Below the pieces are notes generated by a model, which saw only the letters and a program-made list of their open reading frames with translations, was not told the origin of the DNA and searched no databases. Of a DNA stretch of 64,000 bases, positions 47,401 through 56,012 are shown piece after piece; position 1 is the first letter of the stretch; each line of letters begins with the position of its first letter. Source of the stretch: an uncultured Clostridia bacterium (GTDB lineage: Bacteria; Bacillota; Clostridia; Oscillospirales; Acutalibacteraceae). The DNA is taken from positions 38,553 through 102,552 of the forward strand of contig CANQBP010000005.1 in assembly GCA_947589415.1 (NCBI GenBank). The letters are read 5' to 3'. The position numbers and the translations under genes were made by a program.

Positions 47401-48286
47401 TGAAGTGGTCTATACGGGTAACATCAAACATTCTTGCTGCACCGGCTATTCTTCTTATCCACCAGTCAAAGCCTGTTTCCTCAAGATAGATCCAGTCATA
47501 AAGGGGATTTCCCCAAAGCTGTCCCGTTTCCGAGAAATAATCCGGAGGGCAGCCCGCAACGCAGACAGGTCTGCGTTCATCATCGAGCCAGAACACATCA
47601 GGATTTGCCCAAGTATCGGCGCTGTCCATTGCCACATATATCGGCATATCACCGAACAGCTTTATTCCGTTTTCGTTGGCATATTCCTTAAGCTCAGCCC
47701 ATTGCTTATAGAACATGAATTGTGTCCATTTCCAGAACATAACATCTTCGTAAAGCAATCTGAGATAGTAATCTATTGTATCGGGATTACGGTACTTGAT
47801 AAGAGGATCGGGCCATTCGGTCCAAGCCTTATCATCAAAAAATTTCTTCACTGCCATATACAAAGCGTAATCTGTCAGCCAACTGTTCTCATCACGCATA
47901 AAATCCCAAAATTCCTGTTGATTTTTCTGCTTGAAGGCTTCATAGGCCTGCCTGAGAACATCAAACCGCACATTGTATATTCTTTCATAATCAATATACT
48001 GCGCATTTGAACCCCAATCAATTTTTTTCAGCTCTTCACGGGTCAGCAGACCGTCATCACACAACAAGTCGAGGTCAATCATATACGGATTTCCCGCATA
48101 TGTGGAAAACGACTGATACGGCGAATCACCGTAGCTTGTCGGTCCAACCGGCAGAAGCTGCCAGTACTTTTGTCCTGACGCTTTCAGAAAGTCCACAAAC
48201 TCATAAGCTGCTTTGCCCATAGTGCCTATCCCATAAGGAGAAGGCAACGAAGTTATCGGCATCAATATACCTGCACTTCTCGGCAT
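44429..48286 (-). CDS. malQ/glgP: Single ORF joining 4-alpha-glucanotransferase (GH77, residues 1-498) and alpha-glucan/maltodextrin phosphorylase (GT35, residues 499-1285)
   Basis: The MalQ part has PSPYGIGT, GDSPYQS and TRIDHFRAF. The phosphorylase part has RAYYLSAEFLMGR and the PLP-lysine block GTEASGTSNMKF. The junction is at 46790-46801, with no linker. Confidence 0.9.
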   Translation of the reverse strand: MPRSAGILMPITSLPSPYGIGTMGKAAYEFVDFLKASGQKYWQLLPVGPTSYGDSPYQSFSTYAGNPYMIDLDLLCDDGLLTREELKKIDWGSNAQYIDYERIYNVRFDVLRQAYEAFKQKNQQEFWDFMRDENSWLTDYALYMAVKKFFDDKAWTEWPDPLIKYRNPDTIDYYLRLLYEDVMFWKWTQFMFYKQWAELKEYANENGIKLFGDMPIYVAMDSADTWANPDVFWLDDERRPVCVAGCPPDYFSETGQLWGNPLYDWIYLEETGFDWWIRRIAGAARMFDVTRIDHFRAFDQFYAIPYGAKDAVKGEWIDGPKMRFFEKMKQRLGDIPIIAEDLGLQTPGVKKLLEESGYPGMKILEFAFDSKEDSNYLPHNYTSNSVCYTGTHDNDTIMGWLSQASEKDVAFAEEYCRLDKTEGYNWGFIRTAYSSVSDYAIVQMQDILGLGSEARINIPSTLGGNWTWRMKKGAATPKLAKKLYNLSKNYRRLEDDKKMKKNAIIDNLVLTAKNEYCKELGELSPAELHNALGKAIMGDISEKWADSKRNHANQRRAYYLSAEFLMGRMVYNNLYAMGVLEQTTKLLADKGVDINMFEEIDDAALGNGGLGRLAACFLDSAATHDVPLDGYGIRYKYGLFKQEIIDGFQVEVADDWQRFGDPWCIRRSEDIVTVNFADQTVKAVPYDMAIIGYGTDNINTLRLWEAEAVNNFNFLEFNDSKYDEAVKEKNDAENISKVLYPNDNSYEGKVLRLKQQYFFSSASLQDIIKRYKKRHGNDYSQFPVETAIQLNDTHPTISIPELIRLLQNDGLSFDTAFDIAQRTFSYTNHTVMQEALEKWDIKLMTSILPDVYAIIVKINDRLLSELKEKGVEKEKVENMRIDDGHVVHMARMATYVSSYVNGVAAIHTQILKDDTLKEWYELYPERFQNKTNGVTQRRWLALCNPEYSEFITDLIGKKWIRNLDELKKIEDHIDERTIDKFNEIKYIKKKQLSDFIQRHDHVYIDPSFMFDIQVKRLHEYKRQLMNAFSIMAIYFRLKEGKLPNFTPTAFIFGAKAAPGYARAKAVIKYINEIANLVNNDPEVNQKMRVVFVSNYNVSYAEKIIPAADIHEQISTAGTEASGTSNMKFMANGAVTIGTYDGANIEIAECAGEENEYIFGARVEEINELKENYDPEKIYKENEELKRVIDTLIDGRFTDGGKKGEGSFKELHDSLLKGASWHKPDHYFILRDLPEYIETKIRVNNEYKDRRAFGYKCLKNTANCGKFSSDRTILEYASDLWKVKSK

Positions 48287-48378
48287 AGATAAATCATCTC
48301 CATTCTATTATATTATATTATTTTGTTTTTTTCCATGTACAGTTTGGAATTCGCATATACTTTTTACATTCGTCATAT

Positions 48379-48407
48379 ATTTTATCATAATAATTAAATA
48401 TAATCAA
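48379..48407 (-). promoter_or_regulatory. Promoter of malQ-glgP
   Basis: The minus strand reads TTGATT (48407-48402), a 17-nt spacer ending TGa, then TAAAAT (48384-48379), which makes an extended -10. Confidence 0.5.
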
Positions 48408-48538
48408 TACTTTTGCACAAATTTTTAATGTAAAAAAACAAAAAATTCAACTCTGTATGTCTTTTTACATTTTTTCCATATAAAAAATCCGTTTCATTCT
48501 GCCCTGATTATACTAAAATAAAACATCAATACATAAAA

Positions 48539-49036
48539 TTATACCGTGAGGAAAGTTGCCGCTTCTTTCGCTAAGTCTATTGCCTTAATCGCTGCAAGCT
48601 CCCTTATCCTGTTTCTGTCATTTTTTCCGTTTTCCGAAAAATCGAACTTATAAGCCGTACATTCTGTCGTACAAATCCCTATATATACAAGTCCGACCGG
48701 TTTATCTTCACTCCCGCCTCCCGGCCCCGCAATTCCTGTTGTCGATATTCCGATATCCGCCCCTGCAATCCTTTTTATGCCCTCTGCCATTTCACGGGCA
48801 GTCTGTTCGCTGTATTCGGTATATCTATCAAGCGTTTTTTGCGACACACCGATAAGCTGATTTTTTATTCTGTTTGAATACGAACATATTCCGCACTCAA
48901 AAACATCGGAAGCACCGGGTATTGATGTTATAAGGTCGGACACCATTCCTCCCGTCAGGCTTTCGACAGATGCAATTTTAAGTCCTTTTTCTTTTAAAAT
49001 CTCAACAAGTTGTTGTACAGCCGCATTATCGATCAT
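48539..49036 (-). CDS. pncC: CinA-family nicotinamide-nucleotide amidohydrolase (PncC domain)
   Basis: IASVESLTGGMV...GISTTGIAGPGGG. The start at MIDNAAV is preceded by GGGAGGG. Confidence 0.85.
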   Translation of the reverse strand: MIDNAAVQQLVEILKEKGLKIASVESLTGGMVSDLITSIPGASDVFECGICSYSNRIKNQLIGVSQKTLDRYTEYSEQTAREMAEGIKRIAGADIGISTTGIAGPGGGSEDKPVGLVYIGICTTECTAYKFDFSENGKNDRNRIRELAAIKAIDLAKEAATFLTV

Positions 49037-49256
49037 TCTGTAACCCTCCCGTAAATCATAACAGCGTTTGTTTCCGGTAAAAAACAAGCTAAGTTAATTT
49101 TAACATTTTTTATTAAAAAGTACAATATTTTTGTTTAAATTAACGATTTTTTTTATATATACTTTCATTAGTTATATTGTTCATAATTCGTTAATAAATT
49201 CATTTTAAAATTTAGGAAGAGAAGTTTTTAAAGCCAAAGAAACGGAGGTACTCTAA

Positions 49257-49793
49257 GTGTTAAGAAATTTATCTTTTGATCAAGCAATACTGACAAATGT
49301 AGTCCTTGCCGCTATATGGCATTTTGCAACTTATTTTTTGTGTATATCCGTTGATACCCGTTTTTTTGATGCCTCAAAAAAAATTTACCAACCGAAGAAA
49401 TGGGAAAACGGCGGGAAAATATATAATGATGTTTTTAAAATAAATCGCTGGAAAGATCTTCTCCCGCAATATGTGGGAAAAGACGGATTTTCAAAGAGTC
49501 ATCTCACGGATCTGTCCGTTGAATATCTTGACGAGTTCATAATGGAAACCTGTCGTGGGGAATGGAACCATACGATGAATTGTATGTTTGCGGTTGTTAT
49601 TGTAGCCATGAACGGTTTTTTTATGACTATAATATTGTTGCTTCTGCTGTTCATAGGAAATCTCCCCTTTGTGATTATACAGAGATACAACAGATTCAGA
49701 CTTCAGAAACTCAGGAAAATAATTATCAAAAAAAACAGAAAAAAGGAAGAACCCTCGTTAGGTTTTTCTGACAATAAAATACGGGAAAGGTAA
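49257..49793 (+). CDS. Small membrane protein, resembles the glycosyl-4,4'-diaponeurosporenoate acyltransferase-like family (recollection)
   Basis: GTG start with GGAGG 8 nt upstream. It has two hydrophobic segments and the block ETCRGEWNH. Confidence 0.45.
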   Translation: MLRNLSFDQAILTNVVLAAIWHFATYFLCISVDTRFFDASKKIYQPKKWENGGKIYNDVFKINRWKDLLPQYVGKDGFSKSHLTDLSVEYLDEFIMETCRGEWNHTMNCMFAVVIVAMNGFFMTIILLLLLFIGNLPFVIIQRYNRFRLQKLRKIIIKKNRKKEEPSLGFSDNKIRER

Positions 49794-49796
49794 CAT

Positions 49797-50528
49797 ATGG
49801 ATTGGTTTTTCGCTGATAATACAGGAGAAGAGGGCAGTCTTTGTCTTATAACGGGTGAGGACGCCGTACACATAACAAAATCGCTGCGTATGTCTGTCGG
49901 TGAGATATTGACCGTTTGCGGGAAAGATAAGCGGGAAAGAATTTGCAAAATCGAACGCATTTCCGCAGACGGTGTGCTTGTGCGTGTCTGTACGTCCGAA
50001 GAATGTATGCATGAGCCTCTTACCGAGGTGACATTATATTTTGCACTCACAAAAGGGGATAAACCGGAAACAGTCATACAAAAATCAGTTGAGCTTGGCG
50101 TATTCCGCATAGTGCCTGTTCTTACCGACAGGTGTATATCACGTCCCAATGCGGCATCTGCCGAAAAAAAGCTCATAAGATACCGAAAAATTGCACTTCA
50201 GGCAGCAATGCAGTCAAGACGAGGCATCATTCCAGAGGTGCGGCCCGTAACCGACTTAAAAAATGCGGCAAAGGAACTTTCGGAATATGATAAAGTAATT
50301 TTATTTTACGAGGGCGGCGGCGAGCCTTTGAGAAAGCTGATAACGGAAAATGATAAAAAAATAGCGGTATTTATCGGACCTGAAGGCGGTTTCGGAGAAG
50401 ATGAAGTATCTTTTCTTAAAGAAAACGGGGCTTTGGTATCGACTCTCGGAAAAAGAATTTTGAGAGCCGAAACCGCACCGATTGCCGCACTTGCAGTTAT
50501 AATGTTTCACACCGGAAATCTTGAATAG
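49797..50528 (+). CDS. rsmE: 16S rRNA (uracil1498-N3)-methyltransferase RsmE
   Basis: 243 aa with a PUA-like N-terminus and the SPOUT C-terminal block IGPEGGF...RILRAETA. Confidence 0.9.
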   Translation: MDWFFADNTGEEGSLCLITGEDAVHITKSLRMSVGEILTVCGKDKRERICKIERISADGVLVRVCTSEECMHEPLTEVTLYFALTKGDKPETVIQKSVELGVFRIVPVLTDRCISRPNAASAEKKLIRYRKIALQAAMQSRRGIIPEVRPVTDLKNAAKELSEYDKVILFYEGGGEPLRKLITENDKKIAVFIGPEGGFGEDEVSFLKENGALVSTLGKRILRAETAPIAALAVIMFHTGNLE

Positions 50529-50547
50529 TTTAAAAGGAGAACGAAAG

Positions 50548-51258
50548 ATGATAGGAATAATAGGAGCTATGGATATGGAAACTGACGGGTTCACGAAAAT
50601 AATGGAAGAGCCCCGTGAAAGAGTTATAAGCTCTGTTAAATTTACATCGGGGAAAATTTTCGGAACGGAATGTGTAGTAGCAAAATGCGGTATAGGAAAG
50701 GTCAATGCCGCCGTGTGTGCGCAAACCATGATACTTGAGTACAAACCCGATGTAATTATAAACAGCGGAATTGCGGGAAGTACATCAAACAAAACACATA
50801 TCGGAAGTGTCGTTATAGCAGAAAATGTCGTACAGCACGATTTTGATACTACTGCCGTAGGTGATGAGCCTGCGACACTTTTTCTGCCCGATAATACAAG
50901 CATAAAATATATACCCTGCGACAACAGGCTATGCAATGATTTAGAAGAAACGTGTTCGGAACTTGGGGATATTGATTATACAACAGGCAACATTGCAACA
51001 GGCGATCAATTTATAGACACAAAAGAAAAACGATTTGAAATAAACAATGCTTTCGGGGCTGTTGCCTGCGAAATGGAGGGAGGAAGCGTAGGGCAGGTTT
51101 GTTACATAAATAAAGTACCTTTCTGCATACTCCGTTCAATCTCCGACGACAGTACAAGCAGCGAAAACGTTCAGGTCGAATACCACACTTTTGCGCAGTC
51201 TGCTGCGGAAAAATCAATAGAAATAATTACTGCGTATATTAAGAGGATATTAAAATGA
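50548..51258 (+). CDS. mtnN: 5'-methylthioadenosine/S-adenosylhomocysteine nucleosidase
   Basis: MIGIIGAMDME...GIGKVNAA...CEMEGGSVGQV...RSISD. An SD (AAGGAGA) precedes the ATG at 50548. Confidence 0.92.
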   Translation: MIGIIGAMDMETDGFTKIMEEPRERVISSVKFTSGKIFGTECVVAKCGIGKVNAAVCAQTMILEYKPDVIINSGIAGSTSNKTHIGSVVIAENVVQHDFDTTAVGDEPATLFLPDNTSIKYIPCDNRLCNDLEETCSELGDIDYTTGNIATGDQFIDTKEKRFEINNAFGAVACEMEGGSVGQVCYINKVPFCILRSISDDSTSSENVQVEYHTFAQSAAEKSIEIITAYIKRILK

Positions 51259-51932
51259 AAAAATTCAAAGGGATAATATTTGACATGGACGGGGTTATTT
51301 TTGATTCGGAAAGGTTGTACCTTGACTGCTGTATGCAGGCTGCCGAAATATTTAATATTGATGATATGGAAAAAACCTGTCTGTCGTGCATAGGTCTGAA
51401 TACGGAAAAGACTCTTGCGAGATTTTCAGAAGTTTACGGCAGAGATTTTCCCGTGAATGAATTTTGGAATGAGGCTACCTCACGTTTTGCAGAAAAGCTG
51501 CGTAATAATCTTCTGACTGTCAAGACCGGCGCAAGGGAATTACTCGAATATCTTAAAAATGATAATATGCCCGTTGCACTTGCATCGTCCACAATAACCG
51601 AAAGAGTACACAACGAGCTTACGGCAGCAGGTCTTATTGATTATTTTGATGTAATAGTCGGCGGTGACATGGTTGAAAAAAGTAAACCCGAACCGGATAT
51701 TTTTCTCCACGCTGCGGATAAGCTGAAAATTTCCGCAAGGGATTGCTGTATAATCGAGGACAGCTTCAACGGTGTGCGTGCGGCACACTCTTCCGGAGCA
51801 TTTGTTATAATGGTTCCGGATCTTATTCAGCCGACAGACGAAATATCAGGTCTTGCAAATAAAGTTTTACCGTCACTTTCTGATGTAAAGAAATACTTTG
51901 AGCAGTTATGCTGCGCCACGGGCTCGTCTTGA
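51255..51932 (+). CDS. HAD-IA family hydrolase (beta-phosphoglucomutase/phosphatase-like)
   Basis: FDMDGVIFDS (DxDG), ASST, and K...EDS motifs. ATGA overlap with mtnN. Confidence 0.8.
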   Translation: MKKFKGIIFDMDGVIFDSERLYLDCCMQAAEIFNIDDMEKTCLSCIGLNTEKTLARFSEVYGRDFPVNEFWNEATSRFAEKLRNNLLTVKTGARELLEYLKNDNMPVALASSTITERVHNELTAAGLIDYFDVIVGGDMVEKSKPEPDIFLHAADKLKISARDCCIIEDSFNGVRAAHSSGAFVIMVPDLIQPTDEISGLANKVLPSLSDVKKYFEQLCCATGSS

Positions 51933-52016
51933 AGTCCGTGGATTTTTTGTGCAAAATCCTGCCTGCACATAATACTTATGGTGAATACAAGACGGACTTG
52001 ATTTAGTTTAAAAATA

Positions 52017-52045
52017 TTGACAAACCGTCAAAAAATGTTTATACT
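52017..52045 (+). promoter_or_regulatory. Sigma-A-type promoter of the MacB-like ABC gene
   Basis: TTGACA (52017-52022), 17-nt spacer, TATACT (52040-52045). Confidence 0.55.
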
Positions 52046-52106
52046 GCTAATGTACTAAAATAAAGCGGAGCGTTTCCACCGCACTGTAAAGGAGTATTAA
52101 GGAAAT

Positions 52107-54932
52107 ATGCTGCAACTGAAAAATATTAAAAAAGAATACCATACCGGCGAGCTTACACAAAAGGCACTTGACGGAGTAGATCTGAATTTCAGGGACAATG
52201 AATTTGTTGCCATACTCGGTCCGAGCGGTTCGGGAAAAACAACGCTGCTTAATATTGTTGGAGGTCTTGACAGATATAACAGCGGTGATCTAATCATAAA
52301 CGGGATATCTACAAAGAAATACAGAGATAGGGACTGGGATGCTTACCGAAACCATACCATAGGTTTTGTTTTTCAAAGCTATAACCTCATTCCCCACCAA
52401 AGTATCCTCTCTAATGTTGAGCTTGCACTAACGATTTCGGGCGTATCTAAATCGGAAAGAAAAAAACGTGCAAAAGAGGCACTTGAAAGAGTGGGACTTA
52501 TCGAACACATACATAAACGTCCTAATCAGCTTTCGGGCGGTCAGATGCAGCGTGTTGCCATAGCAAGAGCGTTGGTAAACGATCCCGATATACTTCTTGC
52601 AGACGAGCCTACCGGCGCATTGGACTCCGAAACAAGCGTACAGGTCATGGATATGCTGAAAGAAGTCGCAAAAGACAGACTTGTCATTATGGTAACGCAT
52701 AATCCGGAGCTTGCGGAACAATACTCAACACGTATTGTTCGCCTTAAAGACGGAAAAATCATATCCGACAGTGATCCGTTCGAGATAAAAAAAGAGGAAG
52801 AGGAAAAACCGCAGGATAAAAAAATGGGAAAAACGTCAATGTCGTTTCTCACCTCACTTGCACTCAGCTTTAACAACTTGAGAACCAAAAAAGGAAGAAC
52901 CGTTCTGACCGCTTTTGCAGGCTCGATAGGTATAATCGGAATTGCTCTTATATTGTCAATTTCTAACGGTGTTAATACATATATAAATGATATCCAGAAA
53001 AATGCCATGTCATCGTATCCCATTAAGATAGATGCACAAAGCGTTGATTTGTCTAATTTTGTCGATGTAACGTCCGATATGAACGATAAGGAGCTTAAAC
53101 ACAATAAGGACGCAGTTTATTCAAACAGCATTACCCTCGACAGCTTTTCCAGTTTTACATCAAGCATTACAACAAATAACCTGACGAAATTTAAAGAATT
53201 CCTTGATGACCCCAAAAATGAAATTAACGATTATATCGGAGAAAACGGTATAGTTTACAGCTATGACACAAAATTCGATGTGTACAGTTATGACAAAGAC
53301 GGAGTTATCGTAAACCTTGACGGCAGCACTCTGAACAAGGAGCTGAACGATTCCCTCGGTGTCAGTGTAACAAGCGGAACCGACAGCATGAGCAGTCTGT
53401 CATTCATGACACCGAATAAAAACAAAAATATATCTCAGCTTTTGCCCGGCGGTGACGGCAAAACCATCAGTAAATCAATAAAAGATAATTATGAACTGGT
53501 TTACGGTAAATATCCCGAAAATTATGATGAAGTCGTTCTCGTACTTAATAAAAACAACGAAATTCTTTTGACGGCATTCTATGAAATGGGTATTCTCCCC
53601 TCCTCCGAATATAAGGATTTTCTCAAAAGAATGGGTAACGGAGAAAAAATCAAATTTGATACCGAAAAACTAAGCTATGAGGATATATGTAAAACGCAGC
53701 TCTACCTTCTTCCCGCAAGCGACTATTACAGCGAAAACCAAAACGGAATTTATACCAAAGCCGATAGTAACGGAGAAATAGATTCGCTTATAAAAAATAA
53801 GGCAATAAAATTAAAATTTACGGGTGTTATTCGCCAAAATGAGGATTGTGATGCCGAGTTGATAAGCACACCCGTAGGATATACGAAAAAACTTACGGAC
53901 TATCTTATGAAATACGTTGAAAACAGTGATGTTGTCAAGGCACAAAAAGAAAATAAAAACATAAATATTTTAACAGGAATGAGTTTCAAACCAAAATCAG
54001 ACGATGAAAAAATTAAAGATGTAAAGAATTTCTTTGCCGGAATGGGAATTTCGGATAAGGCTAAATTGATGGGATCCCTGTCCGTATCCTCCGAACAAAA
54101 CATTGAGGCTTCCCAAACATCTCAAAATACTCAAACACCGCAACTCCCGCAAAATACTTCAAACTCTCAAGTATCCGATATCCCGCAGAATCCGTCAGCA
54201 CCGGCTATGCCAAACGGCAGCCTTACCGAAGAACAGCTTTCCGCCCAATTTGATGCATACATTCAAAATGCCGACAAAAAGGTTCTTCTCTCCATGTATG
54301 AGTTGTATGTTTCAAACGGAAGTTATGACGACAATCTCAAAGAATTTGGTCTTGTAACGACAGATACCCCGTCATCAATATCTATATATGCAGACAGCTT
54401 TGAAAATAAAGACAATATCTCCGCCTGCATAGAGGAATACAATAAAAATGCCGAGGACAAGGACAAAATAGTTTATACCGACTATGTAGGGCTGCTTATG
54501 TCATCGGTAACAACGATAGTCAATGTAATATCATATGTTCTTATAGCATTTGTTGCCGTATCACTTGTTGTTTCTTCTATCATGATAGGAATTATAACCT
54601 ACATTTCCGTATTGGAAAGAACAAAAGAAATAGGTATCCTCCGAGCAATAGGTGCATCAAAGAAAAATATATCACGTGTATTTAATGCCGAAACATTTAT
54701 AATAGGATTTTGTTCCGGTATAATAGGAATAGGTGTAACGTTGTTCGCGTTAGTACCCGTAAATTCAATTATCCATACGGTAGCGGAAACAAATAATGTC
54801 AATGCTATTCTGCCCCCCGTTGCAGCACTCATACTTATCGCTTTAAGTATAGTTCTGACACTTATAGGCGGTATCATACCGGCAAAAAAAGCCGCCCTGC
54901 AAGATCCTGTAAAGGCTCTTCGTTCAGACTGA
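52107..54932 (+). CDS. Fused ABC ATPase / FtsX-type permease (MacB-like)
   Basis: The N-terminus has GPSGSGKTT, LSGGQMQRVAIARAL and LLADEPTG. The C-terminus has an FtsX 4-TM module and a very large extracytoplasmic domain containing a Q/N/T/S/P-rich stretch. Confidence 0.88.
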   Translation: MLQLKNIKKEYHTGELTQKALDGVDLNFRDNEFVAILGPSGSGKTTLLNIVGGLDRYNSGDLIINGISTKKYRDRDWDAYRNHTIGFVFQSYNLIPHQSILSNVELALTISGVSKSERKKRAKEALERVGLIEHIHKRPNQLSGGQMQRVAIARALVNDPDILLADEPTGALDSETSVQVMDMLKEVAKDRLVIMVTHNPELAEQYSTRIVRLKDGKIISDSDPFEIKKEEEEKPQDKKMGKTSMSFLTSLALSFNNLRTKKGRTVLTAFAGSIGIIGIALILSISNGVNTYINDIQKNAMSSYPIKIDAQSVDLSNFVDVTSDMNDKELKHNKDAVYSNSITLDSFSSFTSSITTNNLTKFKEFLDDPKNEINDYIGENGIVYSYDTKFDVYSYDKDGVIVNLDGSTLNKELNDSLGVSVTSGTDSMSSLSFMTPNKNKNISQLLPGGDGKTISKSIKDNYELVYGKYPENYDEVVLVLNKNNEILLTAFYEMGILPSSEYKDFLKRMGNGEKIKFDTEKLSYEDICKTQLYLLPASDYYSENQNGIYTKADSNGEIDSLIKNKAIKLKFTGVIRQNEDCDAELISTPVGYTKKLTDYLMKYVENSDVVKAQKENKNINILTGMSFKPKSDDEKIKDVKNFFAGMGISDKAKLMGSLSVSSEQNIEASQTSQNTQTPQLPQNTSNSQVSDIPQNPSAPAMPNGSLTEEQLSAQFDAYIQNADKKVLLSMYELYVSNGSYDDNLKEFGLVTTDTPSSISIYADSFENKDNISACIEEYNKNAEDKDKIVYTDYVGLLMSSVTTIVNVISYVLIAFVAVSLVVSSIMIGIITYISVLERTKEIGILRAIGASKKNISRVFNAETFIIGFCSGIIGIGVTLFALVPVNSIIHTVAETNNVNAILPPVAALILIALSIVLTLIGGIIPAKKAALQDPVKALRSD

Positions 54933-54956
54933 TAAAATACATCAGCATAATCATCG

Positions 54957-54985
54957 GGAACCGCTTTGGAAGCGGTTCCTTTTTT
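54957..54985 (+). terminator. Rho-independent terminator after the ABC gene
   Basis: GGAACCGCTT (54957-54966) / AAGCGGTTCC (54970-54979), then TTTTTT. Confidence 0.8.
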
Positions 54986-55012
54986 ATTTAACCGACAGCG
55001 TGATATTAACAA

Positions 55013-55050
55013 AACACACATGAAAGAAAAATACTCCATTCATGTGTGTT
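55013..55050. terminator. 12-bp perfect hairpin abutting the XRE stop codon
   Basis: AACACACATGAA (55013-55024) / TTCATGTGTGTT (55039-55050) with a 14-nt loop. It is T-rich on the plus side. Confidence 0.45.
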
Positions 55051-55290
55051 TTATCTGTTTTTCTCAAATTTTACGGCAGGATTTTTCGGAATATCCGTCA
55101 ATCCCGCTATATAATCAATACTGACACCATAATATTCCGCTAATTTTATAATACGCTGAAAGGGTATATCCCTTATACCTCTCTCATATGCGCTGTAATA
55201 CTGATAAGTCGTTTCAAGAATGTCCGCTATTTCCTTCTGTGTCTTATCGTGGTCTTCTCTAAGCTCTCTCAGCCTTTTATAATAACTCAA
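55051..55290 (-). CDS. XRE-family helix-turn-helix transcriptional regulator (79 aa)
   Basis: (M)SYYKRLRELREDHDKTQKEIADILETTYQYYSAYERGIRDIPFQRIIKLAEYYGVSIDYIAGLTD. The TTG start at 55290 has GGGGAG 8 nt upstream. The track's longer ORF runs through its own promoter. Confidence 0.8.
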   Translation of the reverse strand: MSYYKRLRELREDHDKTQKEIADILETTYQYYSAYERGIRDIPFQRIIKLAEYYGVSIDYIAGLTDIPKNPAVKFEKNR

Positions 55291-55326
55291 AGAAACCACT
55301 CCCCATATCGTCAAATAACTCATAGA

Positions 55327-55335
55327 ATTATACCA
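55327..55335 (-). promoter_or_regulatory. Extended -10 promoter (TGgTATAAT) of the XRE gene
   Basis: The minus strand reads TATGGTATAAT. The SD and TTG start lie about 30 nt downstream of the expected TSS. Confidence 0.45.
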
Positions 55336-55374
55336 TATATGATTAGTTTTCCTTGACAATTAACCATATATGAT
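55332..55374. promoter_or_regulatory. Two identical 12-bp near-palindromic boxes ACCATATATGAT (candidate XRE operators)
   Basis: Copies at 55332-55343 and 55363-55374, 31 bp centre to centre. Each contains the 8-bp palindrome CATATATG. One overlaps the XRE -10 and the other fills the spacer of the divergent promoter. Confidence 0.45.
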
Positions 55375-55381
55375 GTATAAT
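55353..55381 (+). promoter_or_regulatory. Perfect consensus sigma-A promoter with no downstream gene
   Basis: TTGACA (55353-55358), 17-nt spacer, TATAAT (55376-55381). It points into the 3' end of coaC. Confidence 0.5.
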
Positions 55382-55406
55382 TTTAGAAAATTACATAAAA
55401 AGAATT

Positions 55407-55446
55407 AAAGCGCAACAGATTTTAAACTGCCACGCTTTATTTTTAT
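55407..55446. terminator. Hairpin with U-tracts on both sides (coaC terminator; also bounds the orphan promoter)
   Basis: AAAGCG (55407-55412) / CGCTTT (55433-55438) plus an inner CAG/CTG pair. ATTTTTAT follows on the plus strand and AATTCTTTTTAT on the minus strand. Confidence 0.4.
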
Positions 55447-55475
55447 AAGATATGCAAATTTTTCAGCGATATTCC

Positions 55476-56012
55476 TTATTTGAGCATCTTTCTAACACTA
55501 TCAAGTATAACCTCATTTTCTGCAAGCGCACCCTTACCTATACACTTACAGGCAAGCATTGCTTCTCTCGGTTCAATAAAAATGAAACCGAACTCCCTTA
55601 AAGTGTTTATATTTCTTTGTGTTATGGGATTTTCATACATTGCCGTGTTCATGGCAGGACATACTATAACAGGTTTGTTTCTTATCGCAAGTATTACCGT
55701 TGTTAGCATATCATCGGCTATTCCCGCTGCCGCCTTTGCTATAAAATCAGCACTTGCAGGAGCAATCAATGCCAAATCCGCCTTATTTGCAAGAGAAATG
55801 TGCTGTATTTCCGAGGGAACATAATCGGCAAACATATCTGTATGCACCTTGTTCTTTGTCAATGACTGAAATGTAAGCGGTGTTATAAATTCCGCACCCG
55901 CCTTTGTAAGAATAACATGAACGCTGTTACCCTCTTTGGTCAATGTGTTTGCTATATCTGCGGCTTTATATGCTGCAATACTTCCCGTGACACCCAATAT
56001 GATGTTATGCAT
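55476..56012 (-). CDS. coaC: Phosphopantothenoylcysteine decarboxylase (flavoprotein)
   Basis: ILGVTGSIAAYKAADI...PAMNTAMY. 178 aa. The ATG directly follows the coaB TAA. Confidence 0.9.
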   Translation of the reverse strand: MHNIILGVTGSIAAYKAADIANTLTKEGNSVHVILTKAGAEFITPLTFQSLTKNKVHTDMFADYVPSEIQHISLANKADLALIAPASADFIAKAAAGIADDMLTTVILAIRNKPVIVCPAMNTAMYENPITQRNINTLREFGFIFIEPREAMLACKCIGKGALAENEVILDSVRKMLK

